DNA of 63,618 bases, counting the filler, from Peribolospora baueri (taxonomy: Eukaryota), in NCBI GenBank assembly GCA_029717555.1. It is 4 parts of 4 records of this genome, joined end to end, with 100 filler letters (N's around TTAATTAATTAA, not from the genome) between each part and the next. Parts side by side here need not be neighbours in the genome. Positions count along the whole stretch, not along the records: positions 42,268 to 59,224 come from JAMDHS010000163.1; positions 59,325 to 63,618 come from JAMDHS010000204.1; 2 more parts are not named here. One strand, 5' to 3'. The notes beneath the pieces were generated by a model. The model was given only the letters and a program-made list of their open reading frames with translations. It had not been told where the DNA came from and ran no database searches. A program made the position numbers and the translations under genes. Each line of letters opens with the position of its first letter. Position 1 is the stretch's first letter. Shown here in pieces: positions 50,634 to 63,158 of the stretch.

Positions 50634-51606
50634 GTTCGTGTGGGGCAAGGGAGCGTCGTGGGCGTGGTGGTCATGAAGAGAAGCGAGGTGGTGCGGTATG
50701 ATGTATGCGGTCGTAAAGCAGGGGAGCAAGAAGGAAGGAGGGAGAGAAGGAGTGCGGGCCGTTGGTTAGGTGGTGGATGGTCGTGTGGACGTGAAGTGAG
50801 TGTGGTGGTGGTGGTGGTGGTGGTGGTGGATGTGGTTGTTGTTTGGTGGTTGTGTCTGATCTTGTGTGTTCTAATCTGTTGTTGCCAGGCGGGAAGGGAA
50901 GGGCGAGCAGGCCGATGGTTGCGGCTGCTGCGGCGGGAGTGGGAGGGAGTCGGGTCGGGGGTGGACGTCGGCGGGGGTTAGGGGCGGTGACGAGGACGGT
51001 GACGACGACGGCGACAGCGACAGCGACGAGGTGGTAGCGATGAGAGTGAGATGGATGGGAGTCGGTCGAGGGAACGCCGCGGTGGGGAACGACGCCAACG
51101 CGGCTGGCCTTGCCTGGCCTTCGCCTGGTTGGGCGGCTGCTTCTGCTGCTCCTTCTGGACCTCGCTCGGCCTGACGCGCGCGTGCGTGCGAGCCGGCGAG
51201 CCCGGTCACGAAGCCGACGACGCGCCCACCGACGGACAAAGACGGCCCGACGCGGCTTTCCCTCGTCCGGGCGTGATAAAAAGCGCCCGCCGGTGCCGTC
51301 GGAGGCGGGCGGGCGGGCGTGCGAGCGAGCGAGCGAGCGAAGTGCAGTGCAACGCTCGTCCCACACCATCGCCTTGGTTCGCTAGCACGAGCACGAGCGC
51401 AAGAACGAGCCCCAGAACAAGCACAAGCACAAGCGCAAGTACGTCCCGCTGCACGACGCCCGACGACGGTCACCGTACCGTGTTCGAAGCAGCGAACCGA
51501 CGGACGGAAGCAGCGGCGGATACGCACACGCAACAAGCAAACACCCCGCCGACGTACATACCCCCACCTCCCCTCTTCCTCCTTTGAGCGCCGCCTGCGC
51601 AGGCAA

Positions 51607-51652
51607 CAGACACGCAGACACGCAGACACGCAGACACACAGACACGCAGACA
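51607..51652. repeat. 8-bp tandem repeat (CAGACACG)n
   Basis: Directly visible. Confidence 0.85.
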
Positions 51653-51978
51653 GACGAGGCCGGCCTGGGTCGCGCTACGACGTACAACGTCCTGTATGTA
51701 CCGCCGGGACGTGGGTACATACATGCGTGGGTACAGCTGTGTAACGACGAGGTAAGCGGTCTGAGAAGGATATAGTATAGGATAGGATAGGAAGCGATGC
51801 GGCGCCCTCATCAGCCCGCCGACAGCGGGAGGGAGTGGCAGCCCTTTTAGATCACAATCAGTCCCTCGCCAACTTACCCGCCGCATATCCCATCCCACGC
51901 GCTCCACTTGGGCCTCACGTAAAGCGGCCCGCTAGCTTTCATTTCCTTACGCCCCGCCCGCGCGGAGAAAATTTTCGC

Positions 51979-52019
51979 TTCTCGTCATATCCTCTTCTCG
52001 TCATATCCTCTTCTCGTCA
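51979..52019. repeat. 16-bp tandem repeat TTCTCGTCATATCCTC x2.5
   Basis: Directly visible. Confidence 0.85.
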
Positions 52020-52644
52020 GATCCGGTAACTAAGCGGATCGTGCCTTTCGTCTGGTTTCGTCTCGTCTCGTCTCGTCTCGTCTGCTAGCATGCCTCACCA
52101 GTGACTGAAAAGAAAGAAACCAAAGAAAGAAAGAAAGGAAGAAAGAAAGGGTGAAAACGGGGACATTTGCCGTCGCCAGTCCACTTCTTGGACCGCACCG
52201 CCGACCTGCCTTCCGTCCGCCTGCCCGTCCGTTTGTCCGTCCGTTTCCCTTCTTCTGGCCCCGTCCGCCCGACAAAAAATCGCGGCACGCTGCTGGCTTG
52301 CTGGCTGGCTGGCTTCAAGAGGCAAACCCGAGCGGGACAGGCCGGCGGCACGACGGCACCTCTTGCCAAAGAATCCGTCCATCCCGACAAGATAGGAAGG
52401 GAGGATAGATACAGGAGAGAAGAGCAAATCCCGATGCTGGCCCCCAAGCTCGAGCTGGACAATTCGATAGATGGGCGCGTCGTCGTCGTAGTAGTAGTCG
52501 TAGTAGCAGTAGGGGACCACGGAAGAACCAGTCTCTTCGGCCGTCCCGGCCTCCTCCCTTCTCATCCTCCTATCCCTCCGTCCATCACACCCGAACCCGC
52601 TCCAACAGCGAAGAACGAGAAGGAAAAAAATGCAGAAGAAACCA

Positions 52645-54856
52645 TCAATCGATAATAGTGAGCTCCTTGGTCCGGTTCGCCGCGTAGGCGTCTTTCCACG
52701 TATCCCAGAGACTGTCGGTCGGACCGGCGGGGGGGAAGCACGTAGACGGACGCGGGCAGACGCGACAACACCGGTCGTAAGCACACCAAGAACGGAGACG
52801 AAAAAACCCGTGGCAAGGCGCGCTCACCGCATTAGCTCGGCAATGTACCGCCTCTGCACGTCCTCCAACTCGGCCTTGGTCGGATTCTCCGTCTTCTTCA
52901 CGTGGACCGGTCGGCCGACTGCGCCATCATCCGTTGCGGCGATGGGTGGAGGAAAGAGCGAGCGAGATGAACGGCGCGTTTCTACCATGGACAGACAACA
53001 AAGCGAGCAGGGGACGCTCACCGACAGAGACGATGGGATGGCGGTACGGCATGAGACCGATCGAATCTGCACGACCCGTCCGTCGCGAGAGAGCAAAGCG
53101 GCCATGAGCCAGCGCTCCTCACGAGACAGCGAGGTCGACGCTCCAAGCTTACAGTTGAATATTCCCCTTCCATGAAAGAGCGGGAGCGTGAATCCGAACA
53201 TGCTCTGGAAGCGCTTCTGGAGCTTGTAGATCCGCGTGCCACGCTCGTTGGAGAGCTGTTCATAGATCTGTCGCGTCGAGCCAACAACGTCGGTCAGCGA
53301 ACTCGAACAAGTCGTATAGCCATCGGGGCCAAGTGCCCAAACCGACTCACATCGTTTTCGCCGAACGAAAAGACAGGGACCAGGTCGGCTCTGGCGGGCG
53401 GTCGGAGGAAGGCACCCGTCAGTCAGCCCATATCGGGACGAAGACGAATAAATGCGGGGGGAGTCACGCTCCCTCGCGGTATACCGGCCCGTCAAACAAC
53501 CCGTGACGGCACTTACCCCGCCCTCATAGCGATCTTCAAAAACCCAAGCCTCTTCCTGAGCGTCAAGTCGGCCGTTCCCGGATGGGCGCTCAAACTCTCC
53601 GTCGCGCCTCCCACGACGATGCAGATGGCCGAGCCCGAGCCCTGTCGGAGGATGGTCTCGCACGAGCGGCGGGAGACGGAGCATATGCCGAGGGCAAGGA
53701 GGATGTCGCGGTAGAGGGGAACGGAGAAGTTGGAGTCGAGCGTCAAGAGGTGGGTGCGGATGCCAGGGAAGGAGGGAGCAAAGTCGGTGGCTGAGAGGGG
53801 AAGAAAAGAAGGTCAGTGTACGCGTCCCAATACCAGTCGACAATAGCTAAGGAGGACACGACCGGATCGTGAGGCCACAAAGGACTCACCGTCGGTGGCA
53901 AAGTTCGCCACAGCGCCCATACCGATAATCCCGTGCGGATGGTAGCCGAATACGTAGGGCCGATCAGAAGGAAGATCGGCGCTCTGACACAGAGGCGAAA
54001 CGGAGCGGTCGCAGTTGAAACAGGGCAAGGCAAAGCAACGAGAGCGGCAAGGACACCGAAGGTCAGCGCCGGCTCCTCCTCACCCGGCTAGCCCGCCTAT
54101 CCAAGAAAGAGAGCAAGTGAACGAACCTTGATCATGGAGATGGGATAATACTCGGCAAAGTATTTCCAGATGCGCATCCCCCTCACCCAAGACGAGCGCC
54201 TGCCGCCCGTCTCGTGAGCGCGGTCGTAGTAGCGTATCCAAATGACGTAGGGGATGACGACAGGCCAAACCAGGGGGATGGAGCTGTACGGAGGCGGTTG
54301 GGAGGGGGCAGGAGAGAGGGCGAGGCGAGGAAGGGAAGAAGAGATCACTTGACGTTCTTGTGAACTGGTCGTGTAAACGAGGTTTCTCGCCCTCCACTTT
54401 GTCGACCAAGGACGACGAATCATCCCCGTGACCGCCTTTAGACGCCGTCCCCGTCCCATCCTTTCATTCTCATTGCCCCATTCCCTCCACGCTGCCGTCG
54501 CCTCTGTCCTCAACGGCACACCAGACTCACCACATCAAGAAGAAGGCGATCAAACAGATTGGCAGTAGCAGCGCCCAGAACAGCACGGCGGCGGTCTGCA
54601 GTCGCCGATTGCGCGGGATCTTGAGCGGCGCGAACCTGATGTATTGTTCGTATAGAGGCGGGGGAGGAGAGAAGAGATGAGAAGGGGCGAAGGCATGTCG
54701 GTCGGAGTGGGGAGCGTCGTGTGAGGGGGAAGAAGGGGACGGGTGGGAAGGGTCATGGGCAGGGTCGATGTCGGCGTAGTGAGCGGCGACGAGGACGCGG
54801 TGAATGAGGAGGAAGGGAACGAGGCGGGTGAGGAAAAGGACGGTGGTCGGAAGCAT
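52645..54856 (-). CDS. DGA1: Diacylglycerol O-acyltransferase 2 (DGAT2; multi-exon)
   Basis: IRFAPLKIPRNRRLQT, YYP, YVFGYHPHGII, IVVGGATESL, RLGFLKIA, LVPVFSFGEND, GFTLPLFHGRG, VGRP; ends ELTIID*. Start codon uncertain. Confidence 0.93.
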
Positions 54857-56297
54857 GGGATAGCGCAGGGTTCAAAGGGGCGACGGAGTGGATGTGGCGA
54901 GCGAAGAGGCGTGCGAGGAGAGGGCGATAACGGTGGTGAGGGCGTGAGAATGGCGTGGCGATGAAAGTGGTGGCGAGGAAGACGTAAGGAAGGTGGGGAC
55001 AAGGAGAGGGCAAAAGAATCGAGTCGTGAGCGAGGAACGGTCCAAGTTCAATGTGAAATCCAAGGACGAGGTGATGATGGTGTGCGAAGGACAAGGCTAG
55101 CTGACGTCGCCGTCGTCGTCACCATCGTCGTCGTCGCCGTGCCGTGAGACGGGTCGTCCCGGACCTCCCTCCTCTATTTTCCCATGCCACGTAGCTCTTC
55201 CCTGCAGTGGCGAGGGACCTTGTCTTCCATTCCATCCCGCCTTCGCGCCCAGCAGCATGTCCAAGCGACGACGGACGCACACTCGGCCAAGTCAAGCGGT
55301 CCTTATAGGCGGCCGACCGATCTCATCTGGTGGGACGGACAGGGGAACATACCTGATCTCAAAGCCCTGGTTGTGGCTCCCACCGTTCTCCACCGCGTCC
55401 ACCCCATTCACCCCCGCCGCGGGCCCCGGCGCTTCGCCAAAGCGGCTGCTGCCGCCCAAGGCCATGTCTCCGTTGCCCATTCCCCTCGGCTCACTTCCCT
55501 GTCTGCTAGAGATCTCGATACAGAGATGGACAATGGGGCGTCGTGTACGCTCGTTTGCTGCTTATCGTCTGTCCGTTCGTCCGTCCCCGCCGATAGCACG
55601 TGGTCGAACCGCGCTGAAAGTGGCGAGCGTGCGAGTCAGAGCAAACTTGGGACGAGTTTGCCAGACAACCTGAGCAACTCGGGGCAGACGAGGAAGGGAG
55701 GCGAACTTGGCACGGATGGCGTCCGCTGTGCTGGCTGGTGGTCGATGACGAGAGCCCGGGCAGGTATGCGTTCGCCGCTCCGTGGCGAGGGGCCCGACGA
55801 TGGCTTGGTTGGCTGCTGCTGTTTGCCGGCGCCGCGTCAAGCCAGAGTAGTCGCGACCTGATGCTCTTCCCTTCCTTTCAGCGAGCAGGTGACCTACGAT
55901 ATCGACGAAAGAAGCACTGGAATGATCACGGATCAAGCCAGTCATAGACGACTCTCCGCCAAGACTGAAATGGGCATTAGGGCCGAGCGGGCCACGTGAA
56001 AACGTGCCCGGAGCACGTGCTCTCATTTGCCGCAGCCACGACGCGACTCTTGACGCGCCGGGCCGCCGAGCTCCTGACCCCGATCTCGAGGGCAAATCGT
56101 ACGAACCTGCATATTCACATTCCTCGCTCTCATCCCCCCCACGTCGATACTTTTGACAACCGCATACGTTCTCCCTCAGCAATACCGTCTTATTGATTGA
56201 CCTCCTCTACGACTCTGGCTCTCTCGCAAGAGCCTAGCTCGACAACCGCCGTTTGTTGGTCCGAGAGGCCCAGAGGAAAGAAATCAACGCGCTTGTC

Positions 56298-59159
56298 ATG
56301 TCGTCCCCACCCGTCGCTCGCCAACGGCGACCGTCCATCCCCGCGCCCGACGCTACGGCGATGCCCCCCGTCCCCGTCCGAAAGGGAGGACGACTCTCGA
56401 TGCAGGCGCGCGCGGCCGCCATGCGCCGCGTCACCATGGTGGGCGGAAGGAGGCTCAGCGGCAGGCGGCTCAGCGTCATCGATCCCTCCGTGCAGGCTCA
56501 GGCCCAGGTGCCACAGGTGTCATTGGATGTGATGAACACCAACTTTGAGGAATGGATGAAGATGGCGACAGATAATGTGGGTTGACGTTCCGCTTACCCA
56601 AGGCTGACTTCGGCCAGGGCGAGACCAGAGGGAACGACTCTGACATATCTTAACTTCTTTCCGAATCCTTGCTCGCTCCCTCTCAGAAAATCAACGCCAC
56701 TAACTCTTGGTCATTTGCGCTGATTGACTACTTCCACGATATGTCCCTCCTTCGCAACGAGCTGGACAACTCGATCAACTTTCAGAAGGCGAGCTGCACC
56801 TTGGACGGGTGCGTCAAGATCTGGACTAGCAGGATTGACAGCGTGGATACGGAGACGAAGAAGCTGTTGAGCGGCTTGAGGGATGACGTAGGTGAGTGTG
56901 TAGGAAAGAGGACGAGTGTGAAATGGACGGTGGCGCTGAGCTCCTGTGCTTCTGTTTGCCCTCCTCCCATTGTCCAGAGTCCAAACACGGCCGCGGTGAT
57001 GGCGTTGAAGGCGGCGAGGACGAAGAGGACGGCGAGCGACGGGCGAAGCGAAAGGTGAGCAGCCCCGCTATTCCTTTTCCCCACCGGCCCCCATCCGATT
57101 CTCACGCCTTCCGTTTACAATGTCCGAACCCAAATCTCTCAGATGCACCGTGCCGAATCGACGCTTTCAAAAACTTTTGAAGCGTTGCAGATCAAAAAGT
57201 TTGATCTCGAATTCACCGTGGACCCGTTGTTCAAGAAGACCAGCGCCGACTTTGACGAAGGTGGCGCTGGGGGATTGCTCATGAACCATCTGGGCGTCGA
57301 TGAGAGGGGCCGTGTCGTTTTCGACGCTAGTGACGTCGGTGTAGGGGAGGAGGAGGAGGAGGAGGAAGGGGATGAGGAGCAGGCGGATGCGGAGGCAGAA
57401 AGTGAAGGCGAGGGGAACCATGTCGAGAAGACGGAGGCTGGTGCCACCGTCAATATCGCCAGGCTGCGAGGTGAGTTGTTGGTCTGTGACTCCATCCAGA
57501 CTGCGTCAGTTCCACAACCATCTCAGGTCCCAACCCACTGACCCATTCTCCGATCCACTACTGCCATCGCGAACCGGAACAATGCATTCCATTTTGTACA
57601 GGCAAGTTCCTCCCAACCCCCGACGTATTGACATCAAAGTCCATCTGCCCTTCTCTCTCTTCCTTCCGCTTCTCCTCCGACCCCGCTTCGACCGGCTATG
57701 ACCCTTCTCTTTTCGACCGAGGCGACGAGCACGACTTTGCTCAGCACGGAGTCGACCTCCTTGCCACCCCGCGACCGGGCGAACCGGGTCAGGCGTGGGA
57801 GGACATTGTTGGGACTATGGGTCCCGATTACGGTGATGATGACGATGGCGCGGCCGACTTCTTCGCTGACGTCGACGTAGGCGGTGGTGCCGGGCCGTTC
57901 GCTGGCTTTGGTGCTGCTGACGCTCCGGGTCTGGGAGAGGAGGGGGACGCCGCGCTCCTTCCCGGCGCCACCATGTTGTCCGGCGCCAATCACATGAACG
58001 AGCGAGATCTGGTCATGTCGCTCAGGTTCGAAGGAGATGATGGCGAGGGAGGGACGATGTTCGACTACTTCGATCAGAAACTTCTCAAGAACTGGGCTGG
58101 GCCTGAGCACTGGAAGATGAAGAAGGCGGTGAGGAAGGGTGAGTTGGTGGATGACAACCTGGAAACTTATGTGCTGGCGAGGCGCCCCTTCTCACGTTTT
58201 ACTGTCATTCTATTCCACTTTGCGCATTCACTAGACACCAATCCAGCCGAGGGGACGCCGCCCGCGAAGAAGACGCGCACCAAGAAGGAACCCTTCGAGA
58301 TCGACTTCAGTGCGCCGCTTAAGCTCTCCACCAAAGAGCTCCTCGAGCCTGGCACGAACGCCCAGCTCTATCTTCCCACCGCACCTCACATGGCGTCCAA
58401 GTCCGCGGCGGCGAAGAAAAAGAGGCAGTTGGCACAGGAGAAGGATTACCTCTTGCCTGACGACATGCATTTCAACAGCCAGCAGTTGTTAAAGCTCTTT
58501 TTAAAGCCAAAGGTCATGGTGAGTGGCGGTAGCGAGAGTGAACATCCTTTTTTTTTCTCCAGCCCTCTCATCCGTTCTGCACACCTCGGGCAACCCAGCT
58601 TTACATCCGCAGGAGAGGCTCAGCGCCCGCCTTCGCAGAGGGTGACGACGCCGGCGAGGTGGACGAGCGCTTCTGGTCTCAGGCAGCCCAGGGCGGCGTG
58701 GGGGTGGGCGTCCAACCGACGGCGTCGCATCCCTTCTTCAACGATGACACCGCCTCGACCTTGGGAGGGGCGGAGGATTTCTACGACCAGGACGACGGCA
58801 TCTCCACCGCTGGCGGTTTCGGTTCTGGCACCAACGACGACCTGGCCAGTATCATCCCAGGCTCCGCGTATTCCACCACGAACGGATCGGGCGAACCGGG
58901 AGGGTTCGATGACGAGGACGACTTGACGGCCGGAGGCGCGGACGGGGCGAGGCTGAAACGTGTCAGACCCGAGTTTGTCAAGTACGCAAAGAGGGCAAAG
59001 AAGGTGGACGTGAGGAAGCTAAAGGAGACCATATGGAGGGAGCTCAAGTTCGAGAAGCTCGATCAGCGCCGGGCCTCTGTCGCTCCCGCCGCCGCCGATC
59101 CTGATGCTCTCGTTGAGGAAGACGAAATGTCGGACGGGGATCGAGTGAGTGCTCGAGAC

Positions 59160-59217
<58 letters not shown>

Positions 59218-59224
59218 CTTTTTT
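56298..59224 (+). CDS. BRN1: Condensin kleisin subunit Brn1/Cnd2/CAP-H, 3' end lost at gap
   Basis: NFEEWMKMATDN/KINATNSWSFALIDYFHDM, NFQKASCTLDGCVKIWTSRIDSV, DPLFKKTSADFDEGGAGGLL, NWAGPEHWK, LLPDDMHF, YAKRAKKVDVRKLK. Start codon uncertain. Confidence 0.93.
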
Positions 59225-59324
59225 NNNNNNNNNNNNNNNNNNNNNNNNNNNNNNNNNNNNNNNNNNNNTTAATTAATTAANNNNNNNNNNNNNNNNNNNN
59301 NNNNNNNNNNNNNNNNNNNNNNNN
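59225..59324. other. Artificial contig linker
   Basis: N44-TTAATTAATTAA-N44. Confidence 0.97.
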
Positions 59325-59444
59325 GTCGTCCCACGAGCAAAGACGCTCCGTCATCGCGCTCTTGAGGAACCGGTTTATCGCCGTCTTACCCGAGCGGGTG
59401 AAGTGAACAGGCTCGGAGAGCGCCTGAATTGTTTGGGCAGACAT
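59325..59444 (-). CDS. NADH:flavin oxidoreductase / old yellow enzyme family, first 40 codons only
   Basis: MSAQTIQALSEPVHFTRSGKTAINRFLKSAMTERLCSWDD contains the NRFLKxAMTE N-terminal motif of this family. It runs into the linker and is not in the ORF track. Confidence 0.75.
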
Positions 59445-59942
59445 GGCTGAAGGAGGGTCAGTGGGGGTTCAAGATGAGGTGCTGTGGAACGGGGGGCAGT
59501 AGGAATCTAGAGTGGAGTGCGAGGGAGAGATGGGTGAGGATGTGACCAAAGCGACCTGCCCGGGGTGAGAGGTCTTTATGAGGTGTGACCTTCTTTCTGA
59601 CCTCCACCTGTCCTGTCCTGTCCGCCGGACAGAGTTCGGCCGTGGGCGGCAGGTACGGTCAGCCATCGATAGCACTTGGCGAAGGCGGGCGGGCGACGGG
59701 AGAAAGAGGAAGTTGTGCAAACATGCCAAAGTCGAGCGACGGTGGCAGTCGCGAAACAAATGAACCTTCTATGCCGTCGTCAAGCCATTCTTGCGGCACC
59801 GGGGATACGACGGCCGTACGCGGAATGGCTCCGCCTCGCCGTTGACGTCATCACCTTTACGGATCGGTCCGGCCGGTGCCCATCGTCCCGGATGCTCACC
59901 ACCACCGATCCGACGGCCGTCTCCCATCGACCAAGCAAGCCT

Positions 59943-60475
59943 ATGCCCCCCACCCTGCTAGCCCTCACCGTCCGTCGGGTCCCAGTGCTCCTCGCTCTCC
60001 TCGCTGTCGCTCTCTGCGCCCTCTACGCTCCCGACACCCACGCCTTCTTTCCGCACACGGCAGCGATGGCGCGCAGTCTCAAGAACCCGGACGGGACGGT
60101 GGACAGGGAGGCGATGATCAGGGAGATCGCCTATGTGAAGGGGTGAGTCTGCATCAGACACGATCTTCCTTCCCTCTTTCCCCTTCCCCTCTTCCCTGCA
60201 CTTGCGATCGACCCGTTGACATAACATGACATGTCCGGCCCGCTCGCCGCAGGAAATACGCCCAGAACAGGGCAAACGCCGAGCGCAACCTCGGGTACAC
60301 GCCGGACATTTTCAAGTCGCCCGAGGAGTTGGAGAGGGAGAAGAAGGAGAAGGAGCCCAGGGAGGCTGAAGAGGGGAAGGCGGGCGCTAGTGGCGACGGT
60401 GCAGGGGAGGAGAAGGAGCGTGAGGATGCGGGTGCGAAGGAGGGAGAAGCGAAGGACGCGGGGGAGGACAAGTGA
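59943..60475 (+). CDS. Small secreted protein resembling an aspartic-protease (A1) propeptide with an acidic tail
   Basis: Two exons (intron 60143-60252). Hydrophobic N-terminus VPVLLALLAVALCALYA, then SLKNPDGTVDREAMIREIAYVKG/KYAQNRANAERNLG, then an E/K-rich tail ending AGEDK*. Confidence 0.65.
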
Positions 60476-60981
60476 GCTGAGGAGGCTCCCGCCTTCCTTC
60501 GTGCATCGTCGTCCTTTCTTCCTTCCATCTCCAAGCATTCACTTTTCTTTTGTAGCATAGTCCTCACTGGTCTGCTTGTATAAGTCCGATATCCATCACG
60601 GACGACCGGCGCAGAGCATGATCAACTGAGCCTAAGCGAGGCTGGCCTCGTTTCCCCGCCCCTTCCACACAACCCACGCGGCGGACAGGGATTTCTTGAC
60701 TGAGCGACGAGGTTACATAGTGTTACAGGTCGTGAGATAGAAATACACGAGTGATGTGATCCTCCGGGTTGAGTACAGTCGCGCAAACGGAGCGAGGCAA
60801 AGACAAAGGAAAGAAAAAAGGCCGGAAAGGGCGGAAAAGCGGCGGATGGGCAAGGGCAAACAAGCAGGTCAGGTCAGGTCAAGGAGAGGGGCCAGCAGAC
60901 GTGCGTCGGTGTCGGAACAATCATGACGGGCACGGTGGACATGAGCGGAGAGCATGGGGCCGGGCCCACTGTGCGCGGCCC

Positions 60982-61519
60982 TCAAGCGGCCTCCTCCTCT
61001 CCGTCCAAGTCGGCGTATGCATCGACATTGACGCCCTCCCTACGGGCGCGCTCCCTAACGAGCGCGCGCTCTTTCCAGATCTCTTGCAGCCGGCCGACGA
61101 GCCGCTTCTTCTCCGCTGCTTCCTCGCGGCCCTCGCTGCCCGTCGACGGGGTCAGGAGGAGAGAGAGCTGACAAAAGGCCGGCGCGAACGAGGAGGAAGG
61201 GTGGGAGAGGGCAGGCGAAATGGAGGGAGGGCAAGACGTTAGCGTGCGGAGTGAGAAACGGCGTGCCACCGGCCGGCCCGCGCAAGCGACCGGCGACCAC
61301 CCCGAACGGCGACAAGGCGACAGAAGGGTGGGTGCTCACTTTGTGATCGATAACACTCTGCTCATCCTCGAGTTGCTGGAGTGTGGTGAAGATCTCCACC
61401 TTGGTCTCGCTGGATGCGGGGGGGGAGGTGCCAAAGATGTCGTCGGACGAGCGGGAGGAGGGGTCGGGGGACGAGGCGCCGGCCTGGAGGGCGAAGGGCG
61501 AGGAGATGGCGGCGGCCAT
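60982..61519 (-). CDS. Small hypothetical protein (two exons, helical C-terminus)
   Basis: MAAAISSPF…TLQQLEDEQSVIDHK | GTGAGC…TTTTGTCAG | LSLLLTP…EKKRLVGRLQEIWKERALVRERARREG…EEEAA*. Confidence 0.6.
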
Positions 61520-61944
61520 GGTATCGGGTTATCGGATCAATTGATTGATAAGATGACGGACCACTGATCAGATCAGACGGGCTCGGGCACAGACGACGGA
61601 TGCGAGTCGAGGGCGATGGGGCGATGGGGATGAGGATGGAATAAGTGGGGCGGCCGCGGCGACGACCGTGATGTTGGGGATCGCCGCTCGGGTCGAGGCC
61701 AGTGTCTCGCTCTCCACGTGGCGTCATGTGCAGTCACGTGACATTTCGCGGCATTACGTGCTCCGCCTTCTTGTTCTCTCGCTCCTCCCACTTCGAGGTC
61801 ATGCCCGGCCTCACGACGAGGAAGTACGAGGGCATCTCCATTGCCGCCTATCCGGCCATCCTTCCGTGTACTAGCGAGGGCAAGGGAAAGGAAAGGAAAC
61901 ATGACACGAATGCGCACCCACGTCCTTCTTCCCGTCCGCGCACA

Positions 61945-62802
61945 CTACGCCCGCTCCCTCATTTCCTTGAGCTTCCCCTCCAGCCTCTCTTTCAGCCCGC
62001 TCCTCCCCCTTCCCTCCTCCCCCAAACACGTCCCCGCACCCGAGCCCCTCCACTCCCCCTCCAATACCGCGTACCCCACCGAGTCCACCCACCTGCCTTG
62101 ATCCGCCGAGACATCTCTCCAAGCGTCTCGCAGTCGGTACTCCACCTCCATTCCCAGAGTCTTTTCCATCCACGTCCGGAAAGCGGTGTTCGAAGCCGCC
62201 GTCTCGAAGCTCACGCGGTGCAGGGGCGGAAGAGCCGCTTCGGCATGCGCAGGAAAGGAGACGCCTGCGGACGAATGGGCCAGCGGTGGGTCCGGCGAGG
62301 AGGAGGCGGCATGAGCGGCGACCGAGGACGGCTCGGCAGGGTGGGCCGATCCATCTCCGCCGGCAGGCCTCCGGAAGGCAAAGTTGAGCAACGTCAGGAT
62401 CGCTTCCGTGGCGATGCCCTCTCCGTGTCGGTCCGGGTGGACGACGATGCCTATCTCCGCATGCAAATTGAGAGCGTAGACCGAGTTGAACCCACATACG
62501 CCCACCAGTTCTCCTGGACCCTCTCCGGGCGCGTCGCCTCCGTCATCGAGGGCGGAGGCGAGGTGGATGTGAAAGTCGAGCACCGCGTCGTCCGCGTTGC
62601 GTGCGAGCCGGCGTCTCGTCGCACCCTGCAGAGAGAGCTGGGGAGGAAGAATGGGGAGGTGCTCGAGCGTCTTTGGATTCGAGAACAGAGCTGACACCGC
62701 CGCGTCGTCGTGGGGCGGGGGAGGGTGGACTAGGGCGAGGCGGCGAGTAGGGGAGTAGAGGATGAAGGGCTGCCGCCCATTCTGTGTCGTCGATGGCGGC
62801 AT
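61945..62802 (-). CDS. GNAT acetyltransferase, RimJ/RimL-like (intronless, 285 aa)
   Basis: ELVGVCGF, AEIGIVVHPDRHGEGIATEA (acetyl-CoA motif A), LLNFAF, LHRVSFETAASNTAFR, LGMEVEYRLR, WVDSVGYAVLEGEW. Confidence 0.85.
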   Translation of the reverse strand: MPPSTTQNGRQPFILYSPTRRLALVHPPPPHDDAAVSALFSNPKTLEHLPILPPQLSLQGATRRRLARNADDAVLDFHIHLASALDDGGDAPGEGPGELVGVCGFNSVYALNLHAEIGIVVHPDRHGEGIATEAILTLLNFAFRRPAGGDGSAHPAEPSSVAAHAASSSPDPPLAHSSAGVSFPAHAEAALPPLHRVSFETAASNTAFRTWMEKTLGMEVEYRLRDAWRDVSADQGRWVDSVGYAVLEGEWRGSGAGTCLGEEGRGRSGLKERLEGKLKEMRERA

Positions 62803-63158
62803 GGACGAAGGTGCGTCAAGCTCGCCCCGACCTCCGTCTGCTTCCTCGTCAAGGCTGTCGGATAGAGCGGCCAGGAGGACGAGTGGGAGGACGGCGGTGC
62901 GTGCCGGTTGCGTGCGCGCGAGTCACCGCGCACGGGCCATGGCTGCCGAAAGTCGGGGATCACGTGACTAACTCGTTTACGCGGTATTCGGTGCGGCGAG
63001 AGGAGAGTCGCGCATGTCGCGTCCGTCTTCCAACCTCCGCGCCTCGCGGCCGACGACCACCATCCCCTCCCCTTCTCATCTCCTCCAACGTGGCCCTCCC
63101 ACGCTTTGCGCCTTTGCCCACGCGCATTCCCTTTCTTCTTTTTTCTCGCACCCTCTCC

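Noticed and set aside
55184..55999. Extra gene between DGA1 and BRN1 (ORF 55184-55861 with a GTATGC donor)
   Set aside because: No recognisable domain or convincing codon pattern; it may be UTR or promoter sequence and cannot be supported.
4661..59224. Apparent mitosis/mating super-cluster (dynein, KAR5, MAD2, BEM3, BRN1)
   Set aside because: The genes lie on different contigs joined by artificial linkers; only KAR5-MAD2 adjacency is directly supported.
59161..59224. Long poly-T (also 63572-63611) and poly-G (~21290-21313) as retroposon tails
   Set aside because: They sit at contig or window ends, the poly-T runs lie within introns, no target-site duplication is visible, and homopolymer lengths at assembly breaks are unreliable.
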